A stretch of DNA of 64,000 bases, taken from assembly GCA_963715335.1 (NCBI GenBank), contig CAVQRZ010000025.1, forward strand, positions 132,936 through 196,935. Direction: 5' to 3'. A program made the position numbers and the translations under genes. Below are positions 19,504 through 29,468 of this stretch, in pieces; position 1 is the stretch's first letter; every line of letters begins with the position of its first letter. The DNA is from an uncultured delta proteobacterium (GTDB lineage Bacteria; Desulfobacterota; Desulfuromonadia; Desulfuromonadales; BM103). Under the pieces are notes generated by a model that worked only from the letters and a program-made list of their open reading frames with translations, ran no database searches and was not told where the DNA came from.

Positions 19504-22500
19504 TCATTCAGCCTGCAGCACAATCATCGATACATCATCAGTGAAATTCTGGTGACCGGTAAAGCATCTTACCTGGTCAACGACATAATTGATCAGTTCC
19601 TGTGGTTGCAAATGGTGGTTCTCCCTGAGAATTCCGATCAGGCGCTCCTCACCGAAGAGTTCATTCTCAGCGTTTTCCGCTTCGATCAGACCGTCGGTGT
19701 ACAGAATCATCACGTCGCCACTTGCCAACTTGTACGAGTCCCTTTCAAAAGGGAATTCTTTGATGACGCCTATAATCAATCCCTCGGGGTCGAGCCTGAG
19801 ACATTGGCCCTTCGCGGCCTGCCATAGCAGGGTAGGAGAATGGCCGGCGCTTGCGTATTCGATGATCCGCGTATCAGGTCGATACTGCAGATAGAAAAGC
19901 GTGATAAAGAGCTCGGCTTTGGTCAGATCTTCATACAGGAACTGGTTCAGTTCACTAAGCAGGTCTTCGGGATGGCCGAACTGCCCGCTACGGGATCGAA
20001 TCATGGTGCGTGCTTCTGACATAATCAGGGCAGCGCCAACGTTATGTCCGGAGACATCGGCGATCACCAGGTCGAGGCGACCATCATCATGGGAGAGGTA
20101 ATCATAATAATCACCCCCGACCTCTTTGGCCGGGATGCAGATTCCGCCCAGCCTGATGCCGGAGACCTCGGGTATCCTGGTTGGCAACAGGCTGAGTTGG
20201 ATGTTCTTGGCAATTTCGAGTTCCCGTTGCTGCTCTCTGGCGGCAATCAGATGAGCGGTCTGCTCAGCATTTCTAAAGGCGACGCCGACCTGTCCGGCCA
20301 GGCTCGAGAAGAGTTCGAGGAACTCCTTGGTAAATATACCTTTTGCCGTCCTGGAGAAAGCGGAGATGACACCGATCGGCTGTCCTTCGACGCTGATCGG
20401 CGCATGGGCAAAAGAAAGAATCTTCTCGCGGTGGATGATTGCTGCAGTTTGCGGTTTGGTGGTGAAATCAGTGTCATTGACCACACAGACGGTATTGGTC
20501 AGGAAGGCTTCGCCGATAAAGGTGTCCGTGGTCAAGTCCCGTTCCGACTCACCGAAATGTTCTGAAGTCATGCCGCTCTGGCTGCGGACCGTCAAGGTTT
20601 GTCGGTCTTCGTCAAGGATGCGGATGACGCAGAGATCAAACTTGAACTGGTCCGTGAAGATTTTGAGTATATCATCGAGTATCGACTGCAGGTCATTGCC
20701 GCTTGCCACAAACCGGGCTGCGTCATAAAGGACGCTGAGTTGCTCGCGACTGGCCGTGCGGCTGATATTGATCGAGCCGAACAGGTCGAAGACGTCTTCC
20801 ATGTGACTGCCGCGTGCAGAAAGGTAGTTTTCGACGATGATGCGTGCCGGAGCTGCGCCGACCGAGCCAGCCAAGGTCAGTTCCGTGAAACGTTTCAGTT
20901 TGGGCAGCTCGTATTCGGACAGGCTGCCTTTCTCATCGATATCGCGGTTTCCGAGGTAATCGCTGATAGCTGTGTGGGCAGGTTTCTCGCCGATGAACTT
21001 GGCCATCAAATCGACGAATTCAATAATCGAAGGGGCTCGGGTGATCCGGGTTTTCGCGCTGACGACCGGCATGGGGCGATAAACGTCGACAAATTTACGC
21101 ACCTGTTCCCGTTCCCCTTCTTGTGGAGCAGTAAGGAGGGAAATGGCCAGGTAGCTGCCGAGGTTGAAAAACATGGTCCAGAAGAGCGAGTGGGTCCAGA
21201 TGTCGAAGCCGCTCAGGCCAAACAGCTCGGTCGGTTTAAGGAAACCCAGCCCCAAGAGCCCGTGGTTGACAATTTCCGGGCCGATCCATCCGGACTCGAC
21301 GAATGACGGTATCAGCAAAGTATAAAACCAGACGACGAAGCCGAGAATCAGACCGGTTGTGGCTCCCCGTTGGGTCGCCTGTCGCCAGTACAATCCGCCG
21401 ATAACGGCCGGTGCAAACTGGGTTGCGGCGACAAAAGAGATCAGGCCGATATTGACCAGGGCTGCCGATTCACCGAGGAACCTGTAGTAGATATAGCCGA
21501 GTAAGATGACAACGATAATCCCGATCCGCTTGAGATTGATCAATAGCGGAGACAGGCTCTGGGCCTTGGAGTGGAATCTCAGAATGACTGGTATGACCAG
21601 GTGGTTGAGGATCATCGTTGACAGCGCCACGGACGAAACCATAACCATCCCTGCCGAGGCAGAAAACCCGCCGATAAAAACCAGCATTGCCAGCCATGGC
21701 TGGCCGTACTGCAAGGGCAGGGTCAGGACAAAAAAGTCAGCATTGTGGGTGTCGCCATTGCCGAGCAACAAGCCACCCAGGGCGATCGGAATGACAAACA
21801 GGTTGAGGACAAACATGTAAGCAGGAAAGCGCCACATGGCACTGCGGATGTGTTCCTCACGACAATTCTCAATAACCATGATGTGAAATTGACGAGGAAG
21901 GAACATGACAGCCATCATTGAAATAACGGTCATCGACAGCCAATGTGCGTAGGAGTTCGTTTCTGTGCCGAGTCGTAGCAGGTGCCCACGTTCCGGAAAA
22001 CGTAGCAGGAAATCATGAAATATTTCAGAAAACCCGTCAAACAGACCGTATGTCACAAAGATCCCCGCTGCGACAAAAGCAACAATCTTGACCAGGGACT
22101 CAAGTGCGATTGCCGCAACCAGCCCTTCATGACGCTCCGACGTGTCGAGATGCCTTGCGCCGAAAAGTACACCGAATAGCCCCAGGATCAAGGCCACGGC
22201 GAGTGCAGAATCGAAGTGCAAGTCGAGCTTCGGCAGGAAATGCATGGTGTTGCTGGTGTTAAGGGGGTAGACAAGCAGGTCGAAGCTGCGGGCAACGGCC
22301 TTTAGCTGCAGGGCAATGTACGGCATGATGCCGAGGACCGCAAAGATTGTGACGATCGCTCCGAGCATGGATGATTTGCCGTAACGGCTGGAAATGAAGT
22401 CGGCTATGCTGGTGACGTTCTGTTCCTTGCTGATACGGACGATTTTGCGCAGCAGGAACCACCATGAAAAGGCGATCAGGGTCGGGCCGAGATAGATCGT

Positions 22501-22710
22501 AAGAAAGTCGATGCCGGTCGTCGCGGCCCTGCCGACGCTGCCGTAGAAAGTCCAGGAAGTACAATAGACAGCCAGGGATAAAGAATAGACGGATGGGTTG
22601 TCGATCAGGCTCCGGCCGCGTTTGCGCTGCCGATCAGCATAGTAGGCAACGCCGAAAAGGATGCCGAAGTAAATCAGTGAAACCAGGGCGACAATCTTGA
22701 GCGAAATCAT
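19504..22710 (-). CDS. SLC5/SSS-like membrane sensor fused to STAC, GAF and SpoIIE/PP2C phosphatase domains
   Basis: N-terminal multi-TM region with CbrA/CrbS-like YSLSLAVYCTSWTFYGSVG and LPRQFH; STAC-like LAGSVGAAPARII; GAF; PP2C motifs VGGDYYD, ADVSGH, YTDGL, DDVS. Confidence 0.9.
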   Translation of the reverse strand: MISLKIVALVSLIYFGILFGVAYYADRQRKRGRSLIDNPSVYSLSLAVYCTSWTFYGSVGRAATTGIDFLTIYLGPTLIAFSWWFLLRKIVRISKEQNVTSIADFISSRYGKSSMLGAIVTIFAVLGIMPYIALQLKAVARSFDLLVYPLNTSNTMHFLPKLDLHFDSALAVALILGLFGVLFGARHLDTSERHEGLVAAIALESLVKIVAFVAAGIFVTYGLFDGFSEIFHDFLLRFPERGHLLRLGTETNSYAHWLSMTVISMMAVMFLPRQFHIMVIENCREEHIRSAMWRFPAYMFVLNLFVIPIALGGLLLGNGDTHNADFFVLTLPLQYGQPWLAMLVFIGGFSASAGMVMVSSVALSTMILNHLVIPVILRFHSKAQSLSPLLINLKRIGIIVVILLGYIYYRFLGESAALVNIGLISFVAATQFAPAVIGGLYWRQATQRGATTGLILGFVVWFYTLLIPSFVESGWIGPEIVNHGLLGLGFLKPTELFGLSGFDIWTHSLFWTMFFNLGSYLAISLLTAPQEGEREQVRKFVDVYRPMPVVSAKTRITRAPSIIEFVDLMAKFIGEKPAHTAISDYLGNRDIDEKGSLSEYELPKLKRFTELTLAGSVGAAPARIIVENYLSARGSHMEDVFDLFGSINISRTASREQLSVLYDAARFVASGNDLQSILDDILKIFTDQFKFDLCVIRILDEDRQTLTVRSQSGMTSEHFGESERDLTTDTFIGEAFLTNTVCVVNDTDFTTKPQTAAIIHREKILSFAHAPISVEGQPIGVISAFSRTAKGIFTKEFLELFSSLAGQVGVAFRNAEQTAHLIAAREQQRELEIAKNIQLSLLPTRIPEVSGIRLGGICIPAKEVGGDYYDYLSHDDGRLDLVIADVSGHNVGAALIMSEARTMIRSRSGQFGHPEDLLSELNQFLYEDLTKAELFITLFYLQYRPDTRIIEYASAGHSPTLLWQAAKGQCLRLDPEGLIIGVIKEFPFERDSYKLASGDVMILYTDGLIEAENAENELFGEERLIGILRENHHLQPQELINYVVDQVRCFTGHQNFTDDVSMIVLQAE

Positions 22711-22973
22711 TCCTGTCCCCCGCGCTTGTTGTTGTGCACATCCTGGTCGGTGAACTCCTGGTCTGGGTTGCGGCCCATGTAGATTGAAAAAAGATAAATG
22801 ACGAAGATTGAAACTGGCCAGCCGATGAAGAAATAAAGGATAACCAGCGGAACACCAAAAATCAGAATAGTCTTGTTGAAGATATGCATGAACGGGTAGT
22901 TCAGCATGACCACGCCGAGTACGAACCAGATAACCCAGGCATCTTTCAGTGGCAGTTTGCGTTCGATTCTCAT
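22707..22973 (-). CDS. Small two-TM membrane protein, probable accessory subunit of the SSS-like sensor
   Basis: Two hydrophobic segments; stop overlaps the sensor start (ATGA). Confidence 0.75.
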   Translation of the reverse strand: MRIERKLPLKDAWVIWFVLGVVMLNYPFMHIFNKTILIFGVPLVILYFFIGWPVSIFVIYLFSIYMGRNPDQEFTDQDVHNNKRGGQE

Positions 22974-23311
22974 GATGACTGCTCCCGGTTGTTCATGGCT
23001 CTGCGAAAGAGTGACGGGGCATTATAATCAACCGGGTTTGATATGTCGATCTCGATGAGAGGATCGAGTTGTGGCTTGTGAAGTGGGTCCATGGCAGTTC
23101 TATGATCACAGGGGAAGAGGCAGACAGCAGCGTTCCGGATTCGAATCAGGTTGTCCCGCGACCTTACCAGTTCCTTTTTAACGAATTTCACTAAAGATTA
23201 TCAGAAGATATATACATGTAAAGCTGTTGTATCGAGCCGTTGCCCGATTGACCGACCATAGCGTCTGTGCTACTTTCAGTTTTCATCTTTCTCTTACTCC
23301 ATGGATCCTGT

Positions 23312-25033
23312 ATGACCCTGTCCTGTCTCAGCAGACTGACCCTTTTGCTAGCGGTTTTTTCAAGTGGTTGCATCACGTCCGGTGTTAACGTCCCTACCGA
23401 CATGACCGCTTCATCCGTAGTTCCTTATGTGTCACGCCTGAACGAACCCCAGTCCAATGCCTATTATCATTATATGAGAGCGAGGATGCTGTTGGCCGAG
23501 GGCGACCGTGACAGGTCTGCCGCAGCATATCAGGCTGCTATCGATTATGCTCCGAACGATGGAACAATGCGTTTTGAACTTGCAGAACTCTACTTTGATA
23601 TGGGGCAACCTGAAAAAGCTGTCCGTATGCTGGAAGATCTCCTGTTCCGCGACCCTGATTCGGTCAGGGCGAACATGGCCCTGGGCAATGCATATTTCGC
23701 TAATCGCCAGCCGGGCAAGGCGATCCCTTATTTCCGCCGTGTTATGGAGTTGGAGCCAGACAATGGCCAGGTCCATCTACATCTTGCCATCGCCCTGGTG
23801 AGGATTGGTGAGGTCGACCAGGCTGCGGACCAGCTAAAAGAGCTTTTGCGCCTTAACCCCGAGTCCAGTCTCGCCCGTCTGGCCATGGCCAGGCTTTATC
23901 GGGAAACCGGCCTCAACCATCGTGCCGTTGCAGAATATCGCAGTTTAATAGACCAAAATCCAGATCTTGACCAGGCCTCCCTGGAATTGGGCCTGCTCTA
24001 TGAAGAGTTGGAAGAGTGGCAGAATGCTCTGGATGTTTTTACCGGGGTACTCGAACAACGTCCCTTGGATTTCACTCTGCGGCATCACCTGGCCCGCGTT
24101 TATATCGGTATGCAGCGCTATGACGATGCTTTGGAAGAGTTGAATATCATTGTCGAGCTTAAGCCGGACGATTTCGAAGCTCGGCGCAAGATCGGTCTGA
24201 TTTATCTCGAGCAGCAACGCTGGTCGGATGCAATTCCTGTTTTCAAGGAAATCCTGGATCTGAACCCGCATCTGGAACCAGTGCGCTATTACCTTGGCAG
24301 CGCCTACGAAAAGCTTTCGGAATGGGATCTGGCGCTGGAGGCGTTCGAGGGAATCGACAAGGATTCGGCGCTGTACGATGATGCCCTGTCCCATATTGGT
24401 TTTATTTACCTGGAGAATGATCGACTGGACGAAGCGATCACGCTGCTCGAAGCGAGAAAGGCTACGGGGAGTCCAAGGCCCCAGATTTTTCACTACCTGT
24501 CAGCACTGTACATGGCCAACGACCAGAACGATAAGGCCGCCTCGGTTATAGAGGAAGGTGTGCAGCGTAATCCGAATAATTCCGAGTTGCTCTATCAAAA
24601 GGGGCTGATTCTCGAACGTTCCGGGCGTCATGAGGAAGCAAGTCAGACGATGAAGGACGTGCTTGCACTTGAAGATGAACACGCCGAAGCACTGAACTTC
24701 CTCGCCTACGCGTTTGCCGTGGAAAATCGCAACCTCGACGAAGCACTGGAATACGCAGAGCGTGCCATCAGCCTGGATCGGGCCCCCCATATTCTTGATA
24801 CGCTTGGATGGGTGTATTACCGACTGGGTCGTTTTCAGGAAGCGCTCGAAGTTATCGAGGAAGCCAGCCGGCAGTTGAACGGAGATGCGGTTGTTCTTGA
24901 ACACCTGGGTGAAATCAATCTCGCATTGGGAAACCGGGCCGAGGCGCGCGCCGCTTTCGAGAAGGCTCTCCAGTTGCAGCCTGGCAACCATGATCTGCGC
25001 GACAGGCTTGAAAACCTTTTCGGCCATCCGTGA
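23312..25033 (+). CDS. TPR-repeat lipoprotein
   Basis: Lipobox-like FSSGC; many TPR repeats; C-terminal ALNFLAY...LDTLGWVYYRLG...EHLGE. Confidence 0.88.
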   Translation: MTLSCLSRLTLLLAVFSSGCITSGVNVPTDMTASSVVPYVSRLNEPQSNAYYHYMRARMLLAEGDRDRSAAAYQAAIDYAPNDGTMRFELAELYFDMGQPEKAVRMLEDLLFRDPDSVRANMALGNAYFANRQPGKAIPYFRRVMELEPDNGQVHLHLAIALVRIGEVDQAADQLKELLRLNPESSLARLAMARLYRETGLNHRAVAEYRSLIDQNPDLDQASLELGLLYEELEEWQNALDVFTGVLEQRPLDFTLRHHLARVYIGMQRYDDALEELNIIVELKPDDFEARRKIGLIYLEQQRWSDAIPVFKEILDLNPHLEPVRYYLGSAYEKLSEWDLALEAFEGIDKDSALYDDALSHIGFIYLENDRLDEAITLLEARKATGSPRPQIFHYLSALYMANDQNDKAASVIEEGVQRNPNNSELLYQKGLILERSGRHEEASQTMKDVLALEDEHAEALNFLAYAFAVENRNLDEALEYAERAISLDRAPHILDTLGWVYYRLGRFQEALEVIEEASRQLNGDAVVLEHLGEINLALGNRAEARAAFEKALQLQPGNHDLRDRLENLFGHP

Positions 25034-25043
25034 GGGCCGTATC

Positions 25044-25817
25044 TTGGGCCGTTTCCCTGTCATAATCATTCTCTTCGTCCTGCTCTTATCGGCCTGTGCA
25101 CCGGTCCGGCCAAATCTTGGTGAGCCGGTCAGCCAGGGTTTTGCTGACGGCCTGATGCAGGACTGGGCAGCAAATTCCGCCCTGATTTCGTCGGTGCAGG
25201 GACTGGCCACGGTCAAGGTGAAGGCTCCGATGACGTCGATCAACAATGTCCATGTCGTGATCGCCGAAAAGCCTGACAGGCTGCGTGCCGAGGCTCTGAG
25301 CCCTTTTGGCACACCTCTGGTGTCGCTCACCGCAGCCGACGGCCAGCTTGGCGTCCTGCTAGCGGCACAAAACCTCTATTATACGGGGTCTGCAACACCA
25401 GAAAACCTTGAGCAATTCGTCCACATTCCGTTGGATGTGCCTGACCTGGTCGGCCTGCTGTTGTACCAACCGCCTCTGATTGATGCCTGGAAGGAAGAGG
25501 CATTCGATCTCAAGGATGGCGGCTGGCTGCTGCTGCGTTACGGGACCTTGCAGCGCCAGGAGTTGGTTTTCAATCAGATGCGGCGACTTGTCGAAGTGTC
25601 TTATTTCAAGAGTAACGATTTGCTGGTCAAGGCCGAGTATGCAAAATTCAGAGAGCAGGGCACACTTTTTCCCGCTCTGCTGGTCCTCGATCTTCCCGAA
25701 AAGTATGCTACGGTCAGCCTGGAGTTCTCAGACGTAGAGACAAACGGCCGGCTGCGCTCCGGCGTCTTTGATGTAAAACCGCCGGTCGGGGCGAAGGTGG
25801 TTTATCTGCCTGAATGA
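25044..25817 (+). CDS. Lipoprotein, LolB-like/DUF4292-type
   Basis: Lipobox LSAC; KPDRLRAEALSPFG; follows the TPR lipoprotein, as in TPR-lolB pairs; start uncertain. Confidence 0.6.
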   Translation: MGRFPVIIILFVLLLSACAPVRPNLGEPVSQGFADGLMQDWAANSALISSVQGLATVKVKAPMTSINNVHVVIAEKPDRLRAEALSPFGTPLVSLTAADGQLGVLLAAQNLYYTGSATPENLEQFVHIPLDVPDLVGLLLYQPPLIDAWKEEAFDLKDGGWLLLRYGTLQRQELVFNQMRRLVEVSYFKSNDLLVKAEYAKFREQGTLFPALLVLDLPEKYATVSLEFSDVETNGRLRSGVFDVKPPVGAKVVYLPE

Positions 25818-25878
25818 AAACCGGGCGGGAAATGACCACGTTGCTGGTTGACCTACGGTGCGCTTCCCAAAGGAGAAA

Positions 25879-27492
25879 ATGGTGAGATATCTTTTGTTTT
25901 TCCTGTTGTCGGTACTCGTTGGCTGTGAACAACAACAGGCCGTTGTTCCCGCGGAAGGGGACGCCGCAAAGCCGGTGCATGGAGATACTTTTATCGAGGC
26001 GTCGATCGGCGAGCCGAACAATCTGCTGCCGGTGCTTTCATCGGATTCGGCATCAAGCGATATCAATCGTCTGGTCTACAATGGCCTGATTCGCTACGAC
26101 AAGGACCTTCAACTCGAAGGAGAGCTGGCCGAGTCCTGGGAAATCTCCGAGGACAATCTGACCTTCACTTTCCATCTTCGCAAGGATGTGACCTGGCATG
26201 ACGGGAGCCCGTTCACCAGCGCAGATGTGCTCTTTACCTACCAGATGTATATCAACCCGAATGTGCCGACCTCATATGCAGAGGATTTTCTGCAAGTTGC
26301 CAAGGCCGAAGCTCCTGATCCCTACACCTTTCGGGTCACCTACGAAAAGCCCTATGCGCCGGCTCTTGAGAGTTGGGGAACGTCGATACATCCCAAGCAT
26401 CTTCTTGAAGGGCAAGATGTCACCAAGAGCCCTTTATCGCGAAGCCCTGTCGGGACCGGGCCATACAAGTTTGTCAAGTGGGTTGCCGGTGAGAAGATTG
26501 AGCTGCTTGCCAATCCTGATTACTTTGAAGCACAGCCCTATATTCACCGGGTAGTCTACAGGGTCATTCCTGACACCTCGACTCAATTTCTCGAACTTCA
26601 AGCAGGTGGGCTGGACCTTATGGGTCTTACGCCGATCCAGTACAAGACGCAAACCGATTCCCCGGCGTTTACCCGCAGCTTCAACAAATACCGCTATCTG
26701 TCTTTCAGTTACACCTATCTCGGGTATAACTTGATCAAGCCTCTCTTTCAGGACATTCGTGTGCGCCAGGCCATTTCCTATGCGATTGACAAACAGGAAA
26801 TTATCGATGGGGTCCTGCTTGGGCTTGGCCACATCGCAACCGGCCCCTACAAACCGGATACCTGGGTGTACAATGCAGACGTCAAACGCTACGCATACAA
26901 CCCCGAGATGGCCCGCACCTTGCTCGCAGCGGCGGGCTGGAACGACAGTGATGGTGACGGTGTCCTGGATAAGAATGGTGAACCGTTGGCTTTTACGATT
27001 GTCACCAACCAGGGTAACGATCTGCGTTCCAAAACTGCGGAAATTATCCAGCGCCGGCTGAAGGAAGTCGGCATTAAAATCGAAATACGCATCGTCGAAT
27101 GGGCGACATTTCTGAAGGAATTCATCTTTCCTGGCAATTTCGATGCGACTATTCTTGGCTGGAGCGGCGGTCCGGAACCGGACCAGTTCAATATCTGGCA
27201 TTCCAGCAAAATCGCTCCAAGGGAACTAAACTTTACCAAGTACAAAAACCCCGAAGTTGACGCTTTGCTGGAGAAGGGCCGACGGGTTTTTGACCGCGGG
27301 GAACGGAAGAAGATCTACGACCGTTTCCAGGAGATTCTGGCTGAAGAGCAGCCTTATACCTTCCTGTATGTCGGTGAAGCGCTCCCTGCTGTTGCCAGGC
27401 GCTTCCGTGGCATTGAGCCGGCACCGGCCGGGATCACCTATAACTTCATCAAATGGTACGTGCCAGAAAGTGAGCAGAAATATACTCGTTGA
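25879..27492 (+). CDS. ABC transporter peptide-binding lipoprotein (family 5, OppA/AppA-like)
   Basis: Lipobox LVGC, LAESWE, WHDG.PFTS.DV.FT, GTGPY, VRQAI; no permease genes adjacent. Confidence 0.93.
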   Translation: MVRYLLFFLLSVLVGCEQQQAVVPAEGDAAKPVHGDTFIEASIGEPNNLLPVLSSDSASSDINRLVYNGLIRYDKDLQLEGELAESWEISEDNLTFTFHLRKDVTWHDGSPFTSADVLFTYQMYINPNVPTSYAEDFLQVAKAEAPDPYTFRVTYEKPYAPALESWGTSIHPKHLLEGQDVTKSPLSRSPVGTGPYKFVKWVAGEKIELLANPDYFEAQPYIHRVVYRVIPDTSTQFLELQAGGLDLMGLTPIQYKTQTDSPAFTRSFNKYRYLSFSYTYLGYNLIKPLFQDIRVRQAISYAIDKQEIIDGVLLGLGHIATGPYKPDTWVYNADVKRYAYNPEMARTLLAAAGWNDSDGDGVLDKNGEPLAFTIVTNQGNDLRSKTAEIIQRRLKEVGIKIEIRIVEWATFLKEFIFPGNFDATILGWSGGPEPDQFNIWHSSKIAPRELNFTKYKNPEVDALLEKGRRVFDRGERKKIYDRFQEILAEEQPYTFLYVGEALPAVARRFRGIEPAPAGITYNFIKWYVPESEQKYTR

Positions 27493-27603
27493 GTGTCGGA
27501 ATTCAATATCCAACACAAAGTATCCCGTATGCAGAAGAAGGGTCTTTCAGGATATTTGCATACTGAATTCTGACTACTTGATTCTCCTTTTTCCTTTCTA
27601 TTC
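27491..27603 (+). repeat. Degenerate heptamer inverted element (CAGAATT/AATTCTG type) at the oppA-ridA junction
   Basis: Left gagtgtcggaattcaatat; right period-7 ctgaatt ctgacta cttgatt ctccttt ttccttt. Confidence 0.45.
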
Positions 27604-27615
27604 ATGGAGTCCACG

Positions 27616-28002
27616 ATGTTGAAAAAGCAGATTCAGACCACAGCCGCCCCTGCCGCAATCGGCCCGTACTCTCAAGCGGTCCGGGCGGGGGAGTTTATCT
27701 TTTACTCCGGGCAGATCCCACTCGATCCTGCAACAGGCGCCATCGTCGAAGGCGGAATTGAAGCGCAGACCGGTCAGGTTATGACGAACATGCGTGCCAT
27801 GTTGCATGCCTCTGGTTGCGACTTCTCCGATGTCGTCAAAACCACCATCTACCTGACGGATCTTGCTGATTTTGCAACGGTCAATGAGATCTACGGCGAG
27901 TCTTTCAGCGAAGTGCCTCCGGCGCGGGCCTGTGTACAGGTGGCCGCACTGCCCAAAGGGGCAATGATCGAGATCGAATGGATTGCGACCGTGAAACAAT
28001 AA
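27616..28002 (+). CDS. ridA: RidA/YjgF family enamine deaminase
   Basis: APAAIGPYSQAV, SGQIPLDP, PPARACVQVAALPKG..IEIE. Confidence 0.9.
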   Translation: MLKKQIQTTAAPAAIGPYSQAVRAGEFIFYSGQIPLDPATGAIVEGGIEAQTGQVMTNMRAMLHASGCDFSDVVKTTIYLTDLADFATVNEIYGESFSEVPPARACVQVAALPKGAMIEIEWIATVKQ

Positions 28003-28055
28003 AACGAGTGTGTCAGGAGCGCAGTCTTGAGTCATTAGTTAACACGCATGAACTT

Positions 28056-28094
28056 ATGGCAAAGATTGACAAATGGCAAAGATTGTCATAGCGT
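28056..28094 (+). promoter_or_regulatory. Promoter/operator of the ParDE-like TA operon
   Basis: Two ATGGCAAAGATTG repeats 17 bp apart, each an imperfect palindrome, overlapping TTGACA-17-TAGCGT. Confidence 0.65.
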
Positions 28095-28128
28095 AATGAT
28101 ATCCTCTGCCAATCTGAAGGAGACCGTT

Positions 28129-28362
28129 ATGGCCACTATGAATATATCTTTACCAGAGCAAATGAAGGCTTGGGTAGAAGAATGCGTGCATTCTGGGAGA
28201 TACTCAAACTCCTCTGATTACATCCGGGACTTGATCAGAAAAGACCACTTGAAGTTGGAAGAGCTACGTCAAGCCTTAATTGAAGGCGAAAAATCAGGCC
28301 CTTCTGCAGGCTTGGACATTGAAGCTTTTATCGCTGACAAGAAGAAGTCCTTGTCATTATGA
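28129..28362 (+). CDS. Type II antitoxin, ParD (RHH, CC2985-like) family
   Basis: MATMNISLPEQMKAWVE...SGRYSNSSDYIRDLIR...LRQALIEGEKSG; SD AAGGAG. Confidence 0.92.
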   Translation: MATMNISLPEQMKAWVEECVHSGRYSNSSDYIRDLIRKDHLKLEELRQALIEGEKSGPSAGLDIEAFIADKKKSLSL

Positions 28363-28652
28363 GTGGGATTGTTTTATCCCCCAAAGCAAAAGCGGACCTC
28401 TCAGAAATTTGGGATTACACATACTCTGAATGGGGTGTTGAGCAAGCCGAGAAATATGTTCGTGACCTATGGTCTGTGATGCAAGAAAAGACTCGTGAGC
28501 TCACAAAATCTGTTGATATTGGTGACGTGAGAAAAGGATATAGGAAAGTAAGATCAGGCTCTCATGTCGTTTTCTTTAAGGTAACCAGAGAAGGTGTCGT
28601 TGACGTAGTGAGAATATTGCACCAGAAAATGGATTTTGACAGGCATCTTTAG
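28359..28652 (+). CDS. Type II toxin, ParE family
   Basis: LSPKAKADLSEIWDYT...WGVEQAEKY...VVRILHQKMD; ATGA overlap with the antitoxin. Confidence 0.92.
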   Translation: MSGIVLSPKAKADLSEIWDYTYSEWGVEQAEKYVRDLWSVMQEKTRELTKSVDIGDVRKGYRKVRSGSHVVFFKVTREGVVDVVRILHQKMDFDRHL

Positions 28653-28840
28653 CCCATTTGTGTGTGTCAGTAGCTTGGTGAATGAGAATTTATGGGGGAT
28701 ATGACTTATAACTACAGGCCATCCTCACGATAACGGGTGGCTTTGTTTTTGCAGACTAGAAGTGTCTAAAAATAAGGGACGATTCAAGTTTTCATGGCTC
28801 CTGAGCAATTGCCCGGAGCCCTTTGTTTGACAAAAACCCC

Positions 28841-28888
28841 TTGTCCTTGCTCTCTAGCTCCGATATAATGTAACGCAAATGCAACGCA
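28841..28888 (+). promoter_or_regulatory. Promoter/operator of the second TA operon
   Basis: TTGTCC-17-TATAAT followed by the direct repeat TGTAACGCA-aa-TGCAACGCA. Confidence 0.55.
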
Positions 28889-28899
28889 AGGAGCGAGTT

Positions 28900-29184
28900 A
28901 TGAAAACAGCAAGCATGCCATCTCTCCGAGTAGACCCCGATCTACGCCATGATGCAGAAAGTGTTTTGCGTGATGGAGAAACTCTGTCCAGTTTTATGGA
29001 ACAGGCACTTCGGTCTAGCATCCAGTCCCGTCGCGCGCAAAAAGAGTTTATAGCTCGTGGACTCTCCTCTCGTGAAGAAGCACAACGAACCGGCGAATAT
29101 TTTTCTTCTGAGGATGTTATGAGTGAAGTGGAAGACATGTTGTCGCGGGCAGAATCTAAGGCTCGCAAGTGCAGTATCGGGTAA
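28900..29184 (+). CDS. RHH antitoxin, YlcI/YnfO-like family
   Basis: MKTASMPSLRVDPDLR..AESVL..GETLSSF....R..Q.EFIARGL. Confidence 0.85.
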   Translation: MKTASMPSLRVDPDLRHDAESVLRDGETLSSFMEQALRSSIQSRRAQKEFIARGLSSREEAQRTGEYFSSEDVMSEVEDMLSRAESKARKCSIG

Positions 29185-29468
29185 GGTACACAAAAGCGGC
29201 CAAAGAAGATCTCCTGCGACTTTATGAATTTCTAGTAGAGAATGATCTTGAAGTGGCACGAAGAGCACTTGAATCGATCAGAAAGAGCATAACTCTCCTT
29301 CAGGACTTTCCATTTACTTGTAGAAAGGCCTCTCCAGACAATCCTTTTCTAAGAGAGATGGTGATAGGTTTTGGCGGAGGTGGATATGTTGCCCTTTTTG
29401 AGATTGAGGCAGATAATCTTGTGACCGTTTTAGCAGTTCGGCATCAAAGGGAAGAGGATTACCATTAG
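29169..29468 (+). CDS. RelE/ParE family toxin
   Basis: YRVRYTKAAKEDLLRLYEFL...LREMVIGFG..GYVALFEI...VLAVRHQREEDYH. Confidence 0.88.
   Translation: MQYRVRYTKAAKEDLLRLYEFLVENDLEVARRALESIRKSITLLQDFPFTCRKASPDNPFLREMVIGFGGGGYVALFEIEADNLVTVLAVRHQREEDYH

Noticed and set aside
22970..23403. Two short minus-strand ORFs (73 and 70 aa)
   Set aside because: Lie in a divergent promoter region or overlap the TPR gene; no motifs or clear SD
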